Assembly: GCF_001194135.2 (NCBI RefSeq)
Contig: NC_068985.1
Span: forward strand, 32,144,865-32,208,864
Reading direction: 5' to 3'
From: Octopus bimaculoides
Lineage: Eukaryota
Length of the DNA stretch: 64,000 nucleotides
Shown piece after piece: positions 37,384 to 50,321 of this stretch. The first letter of the stretch is position 1. The number at the start of each line of letters is the position of its first letter. The notes beneath the pieces were generated by a model. That model was not told where the DNA came from and did not search any database. It saw nothing but the letters and a program-made list of their open reading frames with translations. The translations under genes were made by a program, and so were the position numbers.

Positions 37384-38940
37384 TCTACTATAATAATACT
37401 CTTGTGTTTATGAATGAGAAAGGGAGGGGTGGATAGATGAATAAAGAAGGAAAAGGTGATGTTATATTGTTTTCATAGCTCGCATGGTCACTGATGAATA
37501 AGGAAGGAAGGGGTGATGTCATATTTGGTAGTGAGATGATGAAAATTGTACGCTGAAAAAAATAAATCAAACAGCGTTTCAACTCTGTGTGAGTATATGT
37601 GTGTGTATGTAAAGGGGGTTATGTGAATGTGTGTGTGTGTGTGTGTGTGCGTGCACGTGTTTGTGTGTGTGTGTGTGTGTGTGCATGTGCACGTGCATTG
37701 GAAGTGGGATGGTTAACATTCAATGCTGAAAATAAAAATCAAACAGCGTTTCAACTCTGTGTATTTGGTATTTACTTATCAGCTCTTGTATTTAGTCACG
37801 GCCAGCTTTATGTGGCCTTAAGTCGGACCAGAAGGAAGGAAAACTTCCATCTCCTCTCTCAACATTACAGTTTACATCAGCGGCAACAGGATTGCAACAT
37901 ACAATTTCAAAACCAAGCAAGATATCATTTTATACAACAAGTTGCCTACTGTAGTTGGAAATGAAGTAAACTTTGAGGAACGAAAGCTTGCAATTTTGTA
38001 GTGGCTGGAGTGACCCAATAAGATGGTACACCTGTCCCTGGACTTTGAAAGTAGACATCCAACCACTGTCTGTGACAACGTTAGCCCCGAAAGAAGTCAT
38101 CTGAAACGCACAATTGTAATTTCTGATGATTTGAAAGAATTTTGATGACCTTGAGGCAGAAGCAGTAAGTAGTTCCTTCAAAGGTGTGGCAGTTCTGGAA
38201 AGTGGGCGAGCTGACCTTACCGTTTAAGCAGCACATTCCAGCTGTCTCCCAGCCCACATTTTAGCATTGCAGAATTGGCAATTGAAGCACATTTCCTCTA
38301 TATTTATGTCAGTGCGGATGGAGTAATTAAAGTTTGGTTCATACTTGAAAGCCCGTTGGTGCCAGTAATGGCTGTTGGTACTCATCACATCGTGGGCAGC
38401 TTCTCGCCATCGATCGTTCTGCTGAAACGTAGAACGTAGCTGGTGTTGGTCGTGTGAAGGTCTTGCAGCAATAGCAGAAAACACATTTGCAAATGATAAT
38501 GCACAAATTGCACTGCACGTAAGGCACTCTGTGAAAGTGTAAAAGCAGTTTGGCCGGAGGACTCGTTTGCAAATGCTCTAATTGCCTTTAGTGCCAGTGC
38601 TGATGTGGTATGACGACTGAGGCAACTTCTCTTTTTCGGTGGCATTGAATGTCCAAAAGAAAGAGTGAAAGTACAGAAAAATTGTCTTGGAAAGTATGCG
38701 TAAAATTGAAGGGGGAAAATGTGATAAGAAACGGCAAAGAAATAGATAAACTGACAGGTATTAGTATGTATGTGTGCATTTGTATGTATGTGTGTATTTG
38801 TATGTATGTATGTATGAGTGTGTATTCTCTGTTTATATATATGGTAGTAAGTAAATGTGTTTTAAAAAAGATTTTGAAGAAACTCACAGTTTGTAGGAAA
38901 GAAATGTTTGACTGAGTTTTTGGAAAATCTTTTTTCACAT
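37384..38940. mobile_element. Rearranged Helitron remnant (Rep N-terminus on minus, helicase C-terminus on plus)
   Basis: Minus: MPPKKRS..., CQFCNAKMW..R..ECC zinc-finger-like and YNCAFQMTSFG...FKVQGQVYHLIGSL (Rep). Plus, about 37765-37850: VFSHGQLYVALSR (Pif1 helicase C-terminal motif). Candidate A|TC 5' end at 37384. Confidence 0.8.
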
Positions 38941-39218
38941 TTACTTATTACCATATATATATATATATATATATATANNNNNNNNNNNNNNNNNNNNNNN
39001 NNNNNNNNNNNNNNNNNNNNNNNNNNNNNNNNNNNNNNNNNNNNNNNNNNNNNNNNNNNNNNNNNNNNNNNNNNNNNNNNNNNNNNNNNNNNNNNNNNNN
39101 NNNNNNNNNNNNNNNNNNNNNNNNNNNNNNNNNNNNNNNNNNNNNNNNNNNNNNNNNNNNNNNNNNNNNNNNNNNNNNNNNNNNNNNNNNNNNNNNNNNN
39201 NNNNNNNNNNNNNNNNNN

Positions 39219-39531
39219 AGACTCCAATCTGATTTGGCAGAGTTTCTACAGCTGGATGTCCTTCCTAACGCCAACCACTCCGAGAGTGTAGTGGGTGCTT
39301 TTACGTGCCACCTGGCATGAAGGCCAGTCAGGAGGTACTGCCGGGTGGCACGTAAAAGCACCCAATACACTCTCGGAGTGGTTGGCATTAGGAAGGACAT
39401 CCAGCTGTAGAAACTCTGCCAAATCAGATTGGAGTCTGGTGTAGCCATCTGGCTCACCAGTCCTCAGTCAAATCGTCCAACCCATGCTAGCATGGAAAGC
39501 AGACGTTAAACGATGATGATGATGATGATGA
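39219..39531. mobile_element. Two young RTE-tail/SINE copies head-to-head forming a 94-bp inverted repeat
   Basis: 39219-39312 is the reverse complement of 39344-39437 with 2 mismatches. The plus copy continues to a (GAT)n tail at 39511-39531. Confidence 0.9.
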
Positions 39532-40019
39532 TATATACACATATACATATACATCATGTGATTGACCAGGCTACTGGATGCTGCACTTTGCATTGTTTTA
39601 GCTTTTGAATGCAGGCCAACATTCCTCCTGATTGGAGAGTTAGTTCACCACAGGGTTACCCATTTACAGCTCAATGAATCGGTGCAATGTGAAACAAAGT
39701 CTTTTGGTTCAGAACACAATGCACCGCTTGGTCTGGGAATTGAATCCATGATGTAGTGATCGTGAGTGCAACACCCTAAGCAACAGGCCACATACCTTCA
39801 CATGTATGTATATATATATATATATATATATAAAAACAAATAGTAAATGAGTATATGCATATATACGTACAGATATGTGCATACCGACATCCACCTGTAT
39901 GTATAGGTGCATATCTGGGTACAGGACATTGCAAACAAACGTAGACGAGAAAACACACGAGCCACATAGAGAACATTCTACTTCATCAGCTACCCACGTT
40001 TTAACACCGGCGTTTCAAT

Positions 40020-41630
40020 ATATATATCACTATACTTGACATTTGTTGATATAGAGAAAGCTTTTGACTGGGTCCCCTGCTCCCTCATCTGGTGGTTGCT
40101 ACAGAAGATAGCATGGTGTGGATGAGTGGCTAGTGAGAGCCATCCAAGCCATGTAAAGGAATGCTGTCAGTAAGGTAAAATTTAGCCATGATTATTGCAA
40201 TTAATTTAGTGTGCAGGTAGGAGTGCATCAAGGCTCTCTTCTCAGCCCCTTCTTCTTTATCATAATCCCTCAGACCATAAGAGGAGAATTTAAAACTGGT
40301 TGCTCGTGTGAGCTTCTCTATGTGGATGACCTTATTCTTATAGCTAAATCTATAGTAGAATTAGAGAAGAACTTTCAGGTTTGGAACTGGAATTAAAGGG
40401 CCTTAGAGTTAGTTTAGCAAAGACCAATGTACTAGTAACCAGCAGAGCAGACAAATTACTAATCTCTTCAGGGAAATGACCTGGAGGCAGAAATTCCATA
40501 TGGTGCACCCAGTGCAAGGTATGGACACAGAGATGCAGTAGAATCATGGGAAGGTTAACAACGTGCTGGATGTGCAGGAACAATAAATGCTAAGAACACA
40601 CAGGAAATAGATTTCTTCCAATGCCTGGGGGATCCTTGGAGGTAGAAGATAGTTTCCATTATCTAGGTGACCAAATTAGCAATAGAGGAGGATGTTCTGA
40701 AAGCATAATTGTCAGAATTAGAACTGGCTGGGCAAAGTTCAGTGAAATGTGGACTGTGACTTAAGAAGACGTGATGGCTTGAAAGAAATGAAGCCACATG
40801 CTCCATTCAATGTACAATGTCAGTGTACATGTATTACAAAGTGTAAATATGTTGAAAGAAAAATTGTGTCTAAGAGTCATCAGTTGTAATGTGCAAGAGA
40901 GAAGATTATTGCTGGTATGATCATGTGATGCATGTGGATAAAGACAGCTGCATAAAGAAAGCTGATCTTTAAATGTGGAGGGAACTTGTGGAACAGGAAG
41001 ACCCATGAAGAAGTGTGATGAAGTGGTGAAAAATAATCTTCAGACGTTGAGCCTTATAGAAGATATGACAAAGGACTGAGATGACTGGCAATTTGCTGTG
41101 CTTGAGAAGACACACTCAACTAAGTAAAATTGAGGTCATAAAGGCATGTAATCTATGTCCACTCCCTTGCATACAAATGTGTCCCTGACAAATCTCTTAT
41201 CCTCAATCAATGTTTCAAACACCTTCAGCCCCACCATAAAGGAGGTGTTTGTATTCCCCTCCCATCTATTTTCCACTCTCTCTTCACACCCTTGCAAACT
41301 TACTTGCATACAACATGTCCCTGTTGAATCTCTTCCTCACAACATATCCTCCTAACACCCTCTCCTTCTATTTGTGTCCAATCACTACATTTCTTCCTCT
41401 TCATCTCCTATTCTCACAAATTTACCCACCCACTCACCCTATCCAACTCTGGGTGAGTTATTTGACAACCTCACTGCTGATGGTACCATGTTATATGCAC
41501 CTAATACACCCTGTAATGTGGTCAGTGTTAGGAGGGGCATCCAGCTGTAGAAACCATGCTAAAGCAGACAGTAGAGCTTGGCACAGTCTTCTGACAAACC
41601 ATCCCAATATCTCTAGCAAGAAAACACTAT
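40020..41630 (+). mobile_element. RTE LINE fragment with internal deletions, 3' UTR and tail module
   Basis: FVDIEKAFD, MQVGVHQGSLLSPFFF...ELLYVDDLIL and CTQCK segments; pyrimidine-rich 3' UTR; TTAGGAGGGGCATCCAGCTGTAGAAACC module. Confidence 0.85.
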
Positions 41631-42022
41631 GAAGAGAAAGTCAAAATGAAGAAATGCTATGGTTCCATCTTATGGAACTTGATTGGGAAGACTTTTGTTG
41701 TAGTGTCATCAATGTGCTGCAAAAGCCTACAATACATGATGACGGTGATATATATAGATAACAGGATTATTTCAGTTTCCATCTGCCAAATCTACTCAGA
41801 AGGCTATGGTCAACCTGGGGCTGTAGTTGAAGACACTTGCCTTAGGTAGCTGGGAAGCAAACTTCTTAAATACACAGCCATACTTGTGCCTATATATATA
41901 TTTTTTCATTCATTCATACACATATTCTATATGTTATACATATATGAATACATGTGCATGTGTATGTGTATTATCATTTTCATTTAGCATCTACTTTCCA
42001 TGCTGGCATGGGTCAGACGAAT

Positions 42023-42082
<60 letters not shown>

Positions 42083-42149
42083 TTCTGGATATTTATACAT
42101 AATACATAAAACTACATATTTACAACCTATTATGTATATATATTTGTAT

Positions 42150-43430
42150 AGCATCATCATCATTACCATTATCATCATTATTTCACTTCTACTTTCCATG
42201 CAAGCTTGGTTTGGATGTTTTGACAGGATCCAATAGTTGAAAGATCAAGGTAGCTCCACTATGTCAATTTTGGCTTGGTTACTGTGGTGATATGCCTTTC
42301 TTAATGCTAGTTATATTACATAGTGTACTGAGTGCTATTTTTTTCATATCACTAGCACTGGTGAGGGTACCATGTATTTTGGAAGACTAAAAAGCCTCTA
42401 CTGAGTAGGAGTGTAGTAGAGAGGAAAGTGAATTTATGATAGGTGTTTAGAGGTTGATATAATGATTGAAATGACAGGAACATGTTTGGTATTGTGGAAG
42501 AGATATGTGGCTACCCCACATAACGTAAGGTTGGATGGGAGTAATTGAGGTACAGCCAAAAATAAAAATAAAAATAGAGGTATCTGAGCATACAACCAAG
42601 GAACAAGAACATGACGAGAATAGATTGTTGGGATAAATCTGGATGAGTAGGTGAGTAAAAGTTGTAAGAGTGTAGGGTAAGAATGAGAGGTTTTATAAGG
42701 GGTAAGGGGGGGGCATGTAGTAAACGATGAACTAGGGTGGAGAAGTGATTCATAGTAAATATGAGTAGGTTAATTAAATAAGAAGGAAGTATGGGTCTTA
42801 ATAGAAGTTGCTCAGGGGAGAGGAAGTGATGGCTGGCAGTACAGAAAGTGTGAAGGGCAGCAGAATAATACAGTAAAAATGGAAGGCTTTTTATGCTGGC
42901 ATGAATTAGACAGCTCAATAGAATTCAGTGAGTTGGAGGGTCAATTTTTGCTGCAATGTCTCAGTTTTGACATGATTTCTATGGTTATATGCTTTTTTGT
43001 CATGGCACAAGAACTAGTGAAATTACTTGCTATCTTTGTTAACTTGAAAGATTAAAGAACCTCTATGACTGAAAGAGAAATTAGGAGAGAGGGTGGTTTC
43101 TTTAGGCAAAGTATTATGAAGTTAAAAGTATGACAGAAGAAATAGGGTTATTGTTAGTGGAAGGTGTTCCTGGAAAGACAAGCAGAAACTGTAAGAGAGG
43201 GAAGTAATGGAAGAAAGGAGAAACAGTTGTGTCAGGAGACATTAATGAGCCGCAGAGAGATAGGAGGACAGTTGGGTTTTTTTTACAGGAGGAGATTCAG
43301 AGCTACCTCCAACTGCACATTATATGTGGGTGGATGGAGAATGAGAAATAAAGATGATAGTGATGAGGAGCCAGAACATACTCTCAAGGTAACTTGTTCA
43401 AGAGGGTGAATAAAAGAGAGCATGGTCATA
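42150..43430 (-). mobile_element. Degraded RTE 3' UTR/tail fragments
   Basis: (CAT)n followed by TTTCCATGC..GGTTTGGA tail motif and purine-rich stretches similar to 22600-23100. Confidence 0.55.
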
Positions 43431-43736
43431 GAAGAATCAGGAAGATATATGTGTATGTGTGTGTAGGGATGAATACGTATATGTATGTACATGTGTTCAT
43501 ATGTATGAATACACACACACACACACACACAAGCAGACAGATGGAGATATAGATAGGTAGATGCAGATATATTGATATACCTATATATGTGTGTGTGTGT
43601 GTGTGTGATATTTTCTGTTTGTCTTTTTATTTAATCCTGAAAAAAAAAAACCCAAATATATATAGATCAAAATAAAGAGGGATTAATAAGAGATTGTATA
43701 AAATCCATTATATTTGTGTTTGTATGTGTGTGTGTG

Positions 43737-43817
<81 letters not shown>

Positions 43818-44379
43818 TCTTTCCTTTCCTGAGCGTTCAGTAACACAATATCTGTATCACGTACTCGCGTTGTTTTTTTTTTTTTTTTTGTCGTTTTTCT
43901 TGTTTGAACTCACTATGTATATTGGTTAGTTGTCCTTAAGTCAGAAAAAAGCACAGTATGCCATCATCACTATCACACACACACAATGTATGTGCGTGCG
44001 CGTGTAGATACTTATAAGATCAGTCTTAGATGTAAGACACTTTTCTTCTGCAACTCCTTTATATAATTCGTTTTGTTTTAATCTTGTTTTAATTTTCCAG
44101 AGAAAATTGTGAATAAAGTAAGAAAAGAGAGAGATTAATCCATTTTTCTGTGCCAAGACAGCACTGGACCCCTAACAATTTATTAAGAAGTGACGTACTC
44201 AATTTCTGCCAGAATAACGTATCTCCACGATTAGTAACTTATTTCATGTATCTCAAAAGGAAATCTTTTGGCTAAAACAACTAACAACCTTCTTACCTCA
44301 CCCTTGTTAACAAATACAATTCCAAGTGACAAAGACAGCACTAACATTGAACACTTGTGATTAAGGAATTGTTAGAAAT

Positions 44380-44990
44380 GACTCCGTTGTTCTGTCGCCC
44401 GCACTATCCCTAGATTTCAGACGAGATTACAGAGCAACTGATGCTAAAGAAACGTAATACTACAATATATATTCTTTCCTCGCTTGAATCTGTCAAAAAA
44501 AAAAGTGTTACGTTTACTCTCTTCCTCCCTTTGTGTGGGTGTGTGTGCATGTATGTATGTAAGTATGTATATTCGCGCGCGCACGCACTCGTAGGTACGT
44601 GTACACATACAGACACGCACTATCTTTTCATAGTCACCGCCTGTCACCACAATGTATATATTTACTGAAAATAATCGAAATTCATGCTAGTTGGTTTTTC
44701 ATTTATTTATTTAATAAAACTTTTCGCAGTTGTGCTATTTCTGCACACAGCTGATCGACCACTGTTAGACTGGCACGCACACTCAGTCATACACTCAGAC
44801 GAAACTTGATGTCAAAGCATTCTTTTACGCTATTTCTAAATTGTCTAGTAGTTCGGACGTTTTCAAAAATATTTTTCCATATAAGTGGACGACACTTTGT
44901 TTCTCCTTTTAACACACGTCAAACAAATTACAAATATCTAACTCATTGTCTTCTGTGTGTCATTTTGCAACGAAATGTTGACAGCTAGTT
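44380..44990. promoter_or_regulatory. Probable promoter region upstream of the KCTD gene (possibly bidirectional)
   Basis: CpG-retaining unique sequence (e.g. ATTCGCGCGCGCACGCACTCGTAGGTACGTG) about 1.6-2.2 kb upstream of the KCTD ATG. Confidence 0.35.
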
Positions 44991-46565
44991 AGCCTGTGGC
45001 CTAAAACTACAAAATTTCTAGCCCGTTGATTTGCCAAGGGATATATTGAAATTAATTATAAAGAAAATTATGTCAGCCAAGGAAATTAAGCTAAAACCAA
45101 ATATAAATTTCCTGGAAATGATTATAATAAGTTATTAAAACGCGATGGTTTAGAGTGGAATATAATAATTCTTCTCTGTCACCCATCTACTTTCGTTATT
45201 CTACTTGATGTTACAAACTTCAATATACCTTATTGAAACTTATTAACGACGTGAAAGTATCATCCGAAATTAAATAAGGTTTGTTATATTGTTTTATATT
45301 CGGGTATTTTCTAATTATAGTGTGGGATAAAAAAAAATGCAAGAATTGGTACAACTGTCAACAGTTTACTAAAAATAACAAAAAACTACACACTCCATCA
45401 GTTTCCGAATGTCTTTATTATAATGCAGCCTCTATTTTAGGTCAATTTAATTCCTTTATACCCGCGAAAAAATATTGTCAGGCCCTTTAAAGAGCCTGAA
45501 TTATATGTAAGAAATAGGAAGTGGTGAAAGGGAATGGTGCGCTTTCTTCCACCCCCCTCTCTCTCTTAATTGACTAGCCCTTGTCGTTTCTTTCAATAGC
45601 AGAATTCTTATTTTGGATAAAATTCAACTGTATTTTGCTTGAATTGACCAGGTATTGGTGATTGCTTTTAAAATTCCAGTTCATTTAACAAGTTGATGTT
45701 TATGTCTGTTTTTCTTCTTTCAAATTAGTGAGGGGATGATCAACAGTTAGAACATATTTTGAAATTGTTTATAACTTTTTGGTATACTGATATAATATGT
45801 AAAAGGATTGAGATTTAGATATACTTTGTTTATTCTTTTTTAAAGAAGAAAAATACTCTAGTTAGATTCTGAAGATCAGTAAATTAAAAGTAATTGCCGT
45901 TAAAGAAAATATAGCCTTTAACATTTAGGTAATGATAATGAAAAGTTTCTTTAGATTTGGCATCAAAATGTCATTCAATATTTGTACTTACTAATGTGCA
46001 GTTATTCTAGGATATTTTTTCTGAATTTATTTCAAATGTGTTAGTAATTATCAATGACATTACTACTGGACTGGCTTATGGAATCTAGAGAAGTATTGGA
46101 CCTTTCGAAATTATCAAAATTAAGAGATTTACTTTTTAGGAATTTCAAATCAGAAACATTCTGCTTAGCGTGATAAATTTTTGTAAAGTTTGTTAAGATT
46201 AAAAACAAAATTTGTGTTTTCTAACAGACTCGTCCAACGGAACATATTTTTTTTATTTTGCAGATTATTTCCTTCAATAATTTCCAAACTTTATGGCATT
46301 CTCTACGAAAATATATTTTAATATACTCATAAAACGTTGAAGATTAAAATTTAAGAAAGAATACCCATATATTTTGGTAACATCACATAATAGTCACATA
46401 AAAAAAGTTTGACATATGTTAAACTTGCTACATTTGTCCATAGTTTGGAACTCCAGGTTTATTCCAACTGTTTTCGCTGCATACAGCAGTAAGAATTCTC
46501 ACAAGAGAAAGTTTTGACACAGGAAACTGAATAAGTATACAAAGAGAGCTGCATTTCAGGTTGCG

Positions 46566-46741
46566 ATGGCTGACAGAAGGATTGTAAAATTAAATGTTGG
46601 CGGTATGTTTTATACGACTACTCGCGAAACATTACTTAGTCAGCCGGACACCTTGTTCTACGAAATTCTATCCAAAGAATCCAATTGGCCTCGAGACGAA
46701 CGAGGAAGTTATTTTGTGGACAGAGATGGACACTTGTTCAG
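46566..46741 (+). CDS. KCTD-family BTB/POZ (T1-type) domain protein, first coding exon
   Basis: Translates MADRRIVKLNVGGMFYTTTRETLLSQPDTLFYEILSKESNWPRDERGSYFVDRDGHLF+AG (176 nt). It has the hallmark LNVGG..Y.TT..TL and FVDRDG.LFR motifs. Donor is AG|GTAAGG (phase 2); candidate acceptors lie upstream at 46486/46489 (CAGCAG) or 46559 (TTTCAG). The ORF track misses it because the unspliced frame stops at 59 aa. The next exon (expected YILN.LR) was not found in the window. Confidence 0.9.
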
Positions 46742-48643
46742 GTAAGGAAACATTTCAAATTTATTTTTCTCTCACGAGTTGTTTTTCAGTTTCCAAGTTA
46801 TTTCAAATCAATCAGGCGTCTTAACCTTGACCATTCTGTCTTTTTGAAGATCCAAGATTACATCATCCAATTAGTTCTTTTTTTTTTTACAGATGGTTAA
46901 ATGTGATCTAAGAGATTTGGCTGCTATTTCTAGCAGGTCAAACGACCTTAGAAGCTTCTCTCGTTGGTTCTGTTAAAGAACTTTTAAACTCAAATCTATT
47001 TTTATGCCACTGCACCGACTTGTGTGTATAATTATGTATGTGTTTTTAGGAATATAATAGATGTATGGACGTGTACGTAGGAATGTGTGGTATTGTTTAC
47101 GTTTATCCCCAGGGCTGCTCTGATCAAGCAAACATGTGTTCAAAGGTATTCCAGCGTGACCATCTCGACATTTTGTATTGCTAGAACTAAACTGTTGAAT
47201 GCATCCTGCCTTTCTTTTTGACGGTAGAGTGTTAAAGAAATTTCGTCGCTACTTCTGATAGATCAAATGACGGCATAGAGACTCCCCCGTTGGCTTGTGA
47301 TATATTTAAGAATGGGTCAGTTGGGCGTTTGTTATGAACTACTAACACATAAATTAAGATTTTGAATTCTTAGTTTTTTTCCCCCTCCTGTCTTTGAATG
47401 CAGTGCTTGTACACGTCTTGGAAATGTCACCTGCAACAGACTAGTGTCCCATCGAAAAGGAGATTTATGTCTCATGTTTTTCAAGCCATTTTTGTTTTTG
47501 ATTCTCGGTTGTACTCAGTAAGAAAGACATGAACAGCACACGATATGGTTTCCTCAGTCTTATTAACCCGTGTGTAAATCGATATGTAATATTCATATGA
47601 CATTATGTTTGCGTGTATTTGTTTTTGCAAACTATTTTGCATAGACTTACAGATTTGCATAAATACATTTTTAGTTTCTGAGAGAGTTTTAGAGCAAAGT
47701 TTGAACAATTTTCTTACATATTCTATGGTGTACTACTTTATTTTTTAACAAACTCAGATTGTTACATCTATATCATCTGGTGATTCCTTTTCGCCTGGTT
47801 ATTGATTATAAGTAGCTTATTGAGAGAATACAAGCATTACTAAATTAGCTGGGGCTGATGTGGTCTAACAAGGCTGAAAGTATGACCTTTGGTTCATAGA
47901 TCAATAAGTTCCCTCAATAAAGTCTGAAGCTCAACTTGAATTCACTGTATGTAGATTGTATTCATTCATATGAGGTCTATATGTCAAATAATATTATTTC
48001 CATCCATGTGGAAATTCTGGTATTTGTATGTGAAATTGTTTGTTCATTCATTTATTAACACTTTGTGTACGCTAACAATTTAAACATAATAGCAATAGCA
48101 ATAGAACTTGCAAAACATTACTTTTTAAATCCACATGTATATATATTTACATTTAAATACGTTGAAAATGCCATTTAATGTAAATAAATAAGCAAATAAA
48201 ATCTAAAAAAAAAAAGTCGACAGGTGATCAAATAAGTTTTGTTAAACCTAGTAAGTTTTTTTATTACAATAAGGAATGTGTATGTAACTATAATTCCAAT
48301 CTTTTACAAAAAACATGGTCTCTTTTTTGAAATAGCTCAAAAACCCTGAGTTTGTTTTGGGGTAGATAATATGACGTTTATACCTTTCCCAGAGGCATTA
48401 GTGTGAAACTTAAACTATGTTTGGGTAGAATGTTCTACAATGCTTGCTCATTCACATAAAATCTGTTATAAATTACAAAAATTTATTATAAGATACTAAA
48501 TGATATCTATTTCCATTAATTCTAATTCTGATATTTCCTTTGAGAAGTGCACACACAGAGACTTCTAGCAGTAGCTTCTTAGATTGCAAGGTCAACTCTG
48601 TCTTAGGAATGCTAAAATATCTTCCAATAATATATTACTATTG

Positions 48644-48850
48644 AGGCAGTGAGCTGGCAGAGTTGTTACTGCATCAGAAAAAATGCTTAGTGACATTTCT
48701 TCTGACTTTATGTTCTGAGTTCAAATTTTACTGAGGTTAACTTTGCCTTTCATCCTTTGAGTGTTGATAAAACACTGGAGTTGATGTAATCAACTTGCAC
48801 CCTCCCCTGAAATTACTAGCCTTTTGCCAAAATTTGAATTCAATGATTAC
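48644..48850 (+). mobile_element. tRNA-derived SINE
   Basis: GGCAGTGAGCTGGCAGA head, TTCTGAGTTCAAAT B-box-like segment and TTTGCCTTTCATCCTTT...GATAAAA core; same family as 27750-28188 and 63215-63430. Confidence 0.75.
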
Positions 48851-49025
48851 TTGTTTCAGCCACTGGACTATTATCTTGAAGGGTTTTTTTCTGGCATGAA
48901 TCAATCCCATTACTTATTTTTTTTTTTTTTAATCTGGTACTTATTCTATTGGCTTCTTTTGCTGAACTGCTAAATTACAAGGATGTTAACAAGCCAACAT
49001 CTGTTGTCAAGTGCGGTGGAGTGGG

Positions 49026-49045
49026 GACACACACACACACGCACG

Positions 49046-49105
<60 letters not shown>
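49026..49105. repeat. (CA)n microsatellite
   Basis: Direct reading. Confidence 0.95.
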
Positions 49106-49110
<5 letters not shown>

Positions 49111-50321
49111 TTTCTTTCAGTTTCCATTTGCTAAATCTACTAACAAGACTTTGGTTGGCCCAAGTCTACAGAAGACACTTGCCTTAAGTGCCACACAATG
49201 GGACTGAATCTGAAACATTGTGGTTGGGAAGTAAGTTTCTTTTCACATAGCTGTGTCTGTGCCTGTGTCCAGAAAAATTTGTTTTATGCCTATTGAAAAG
49301 AAATCAGTGTTATTATTGGTGAGAAGTTTCTGTAATATTGCACTATTTCCCATAAGATATGATTTAAGTAGCTATGTTGAAACATGAACAGAAAATCTCT
49401 TTGTCATCTAGAGAGATATAACAAAACAAAAAATGAGAAAGAAAGGAAGAAAAATTCTATGCGATGCCATTTTTAACAGAAATTCAGAAACTTTGTGACA
49501 TCATATGCTATCAAAGGAATGTAAAAGTTTGTTTTGTCCTCAACTTTCTATATTCACTGTTTTTCTTGTGAAATATCTTTAAGGTTTCTGGTGTTTGTCT
49601 TAATTTATCCTTAGGGAAATGTCCTAAACTCACAGGAATACAATCAAAAATGTTGTCTTCTGGTAATCCTTGAGAAATTCATCCTGACGGTACTCATTGC
49701 TAGCCAAGTAATATCCATGGTAAATTTTGAACTCAGCAATAGGGGCTAATGAAATGAACCTTACTTTTATAAAGCTCTTATTTCATTTAGTAGTGAACAT
49801 TCATTTCATAAAGTACTTATTTACAACTACATGAAAGAGGGCATTGAAAATTAAATATCTTTTCTGTGGACACAATACAACTCCAGTCAGCTAGCCAGCC
49901 AACCATGTAATATAAGCTATCAAGTTGTTGTTTAGTAGGCCAGTACTATAGCTAACAACTCAGCTGAACTATAGATATTATTTATTGTGTTATTCTTTTG
50001 TTGGTAAACTGCTCCATTTAGAATATTTCCTTTATAATGATAAAGAAGCAGATTTGTTGCATTGTTCTTTCATCTAATAATCATAAATTTAAATTAGGTG
50101 GTTGTTTTTTAAAATCATTTTCGAAAATATAATCACTTATATATATATAATTGAGATATTATTGGGGGGAAATGTGTATAGAATGATGTCACACATGCTC
50201 TTACTGAATCAGATGTAATTTTCAAAAGTGAAGACTGTTGGATGAGAACAACCATATCAGATTGTGTGTGGATGAGAACAACCATAACAGATCGTGCACA
50301 TCACTTACCTTGGATGAAATT

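Noticed and set aside
50239-50296. Short tandem duplications (also 28599-28636)
   Set aside because: Only two units, with no spacers or associated genes; ordinary slippage and not CRISPR-like.
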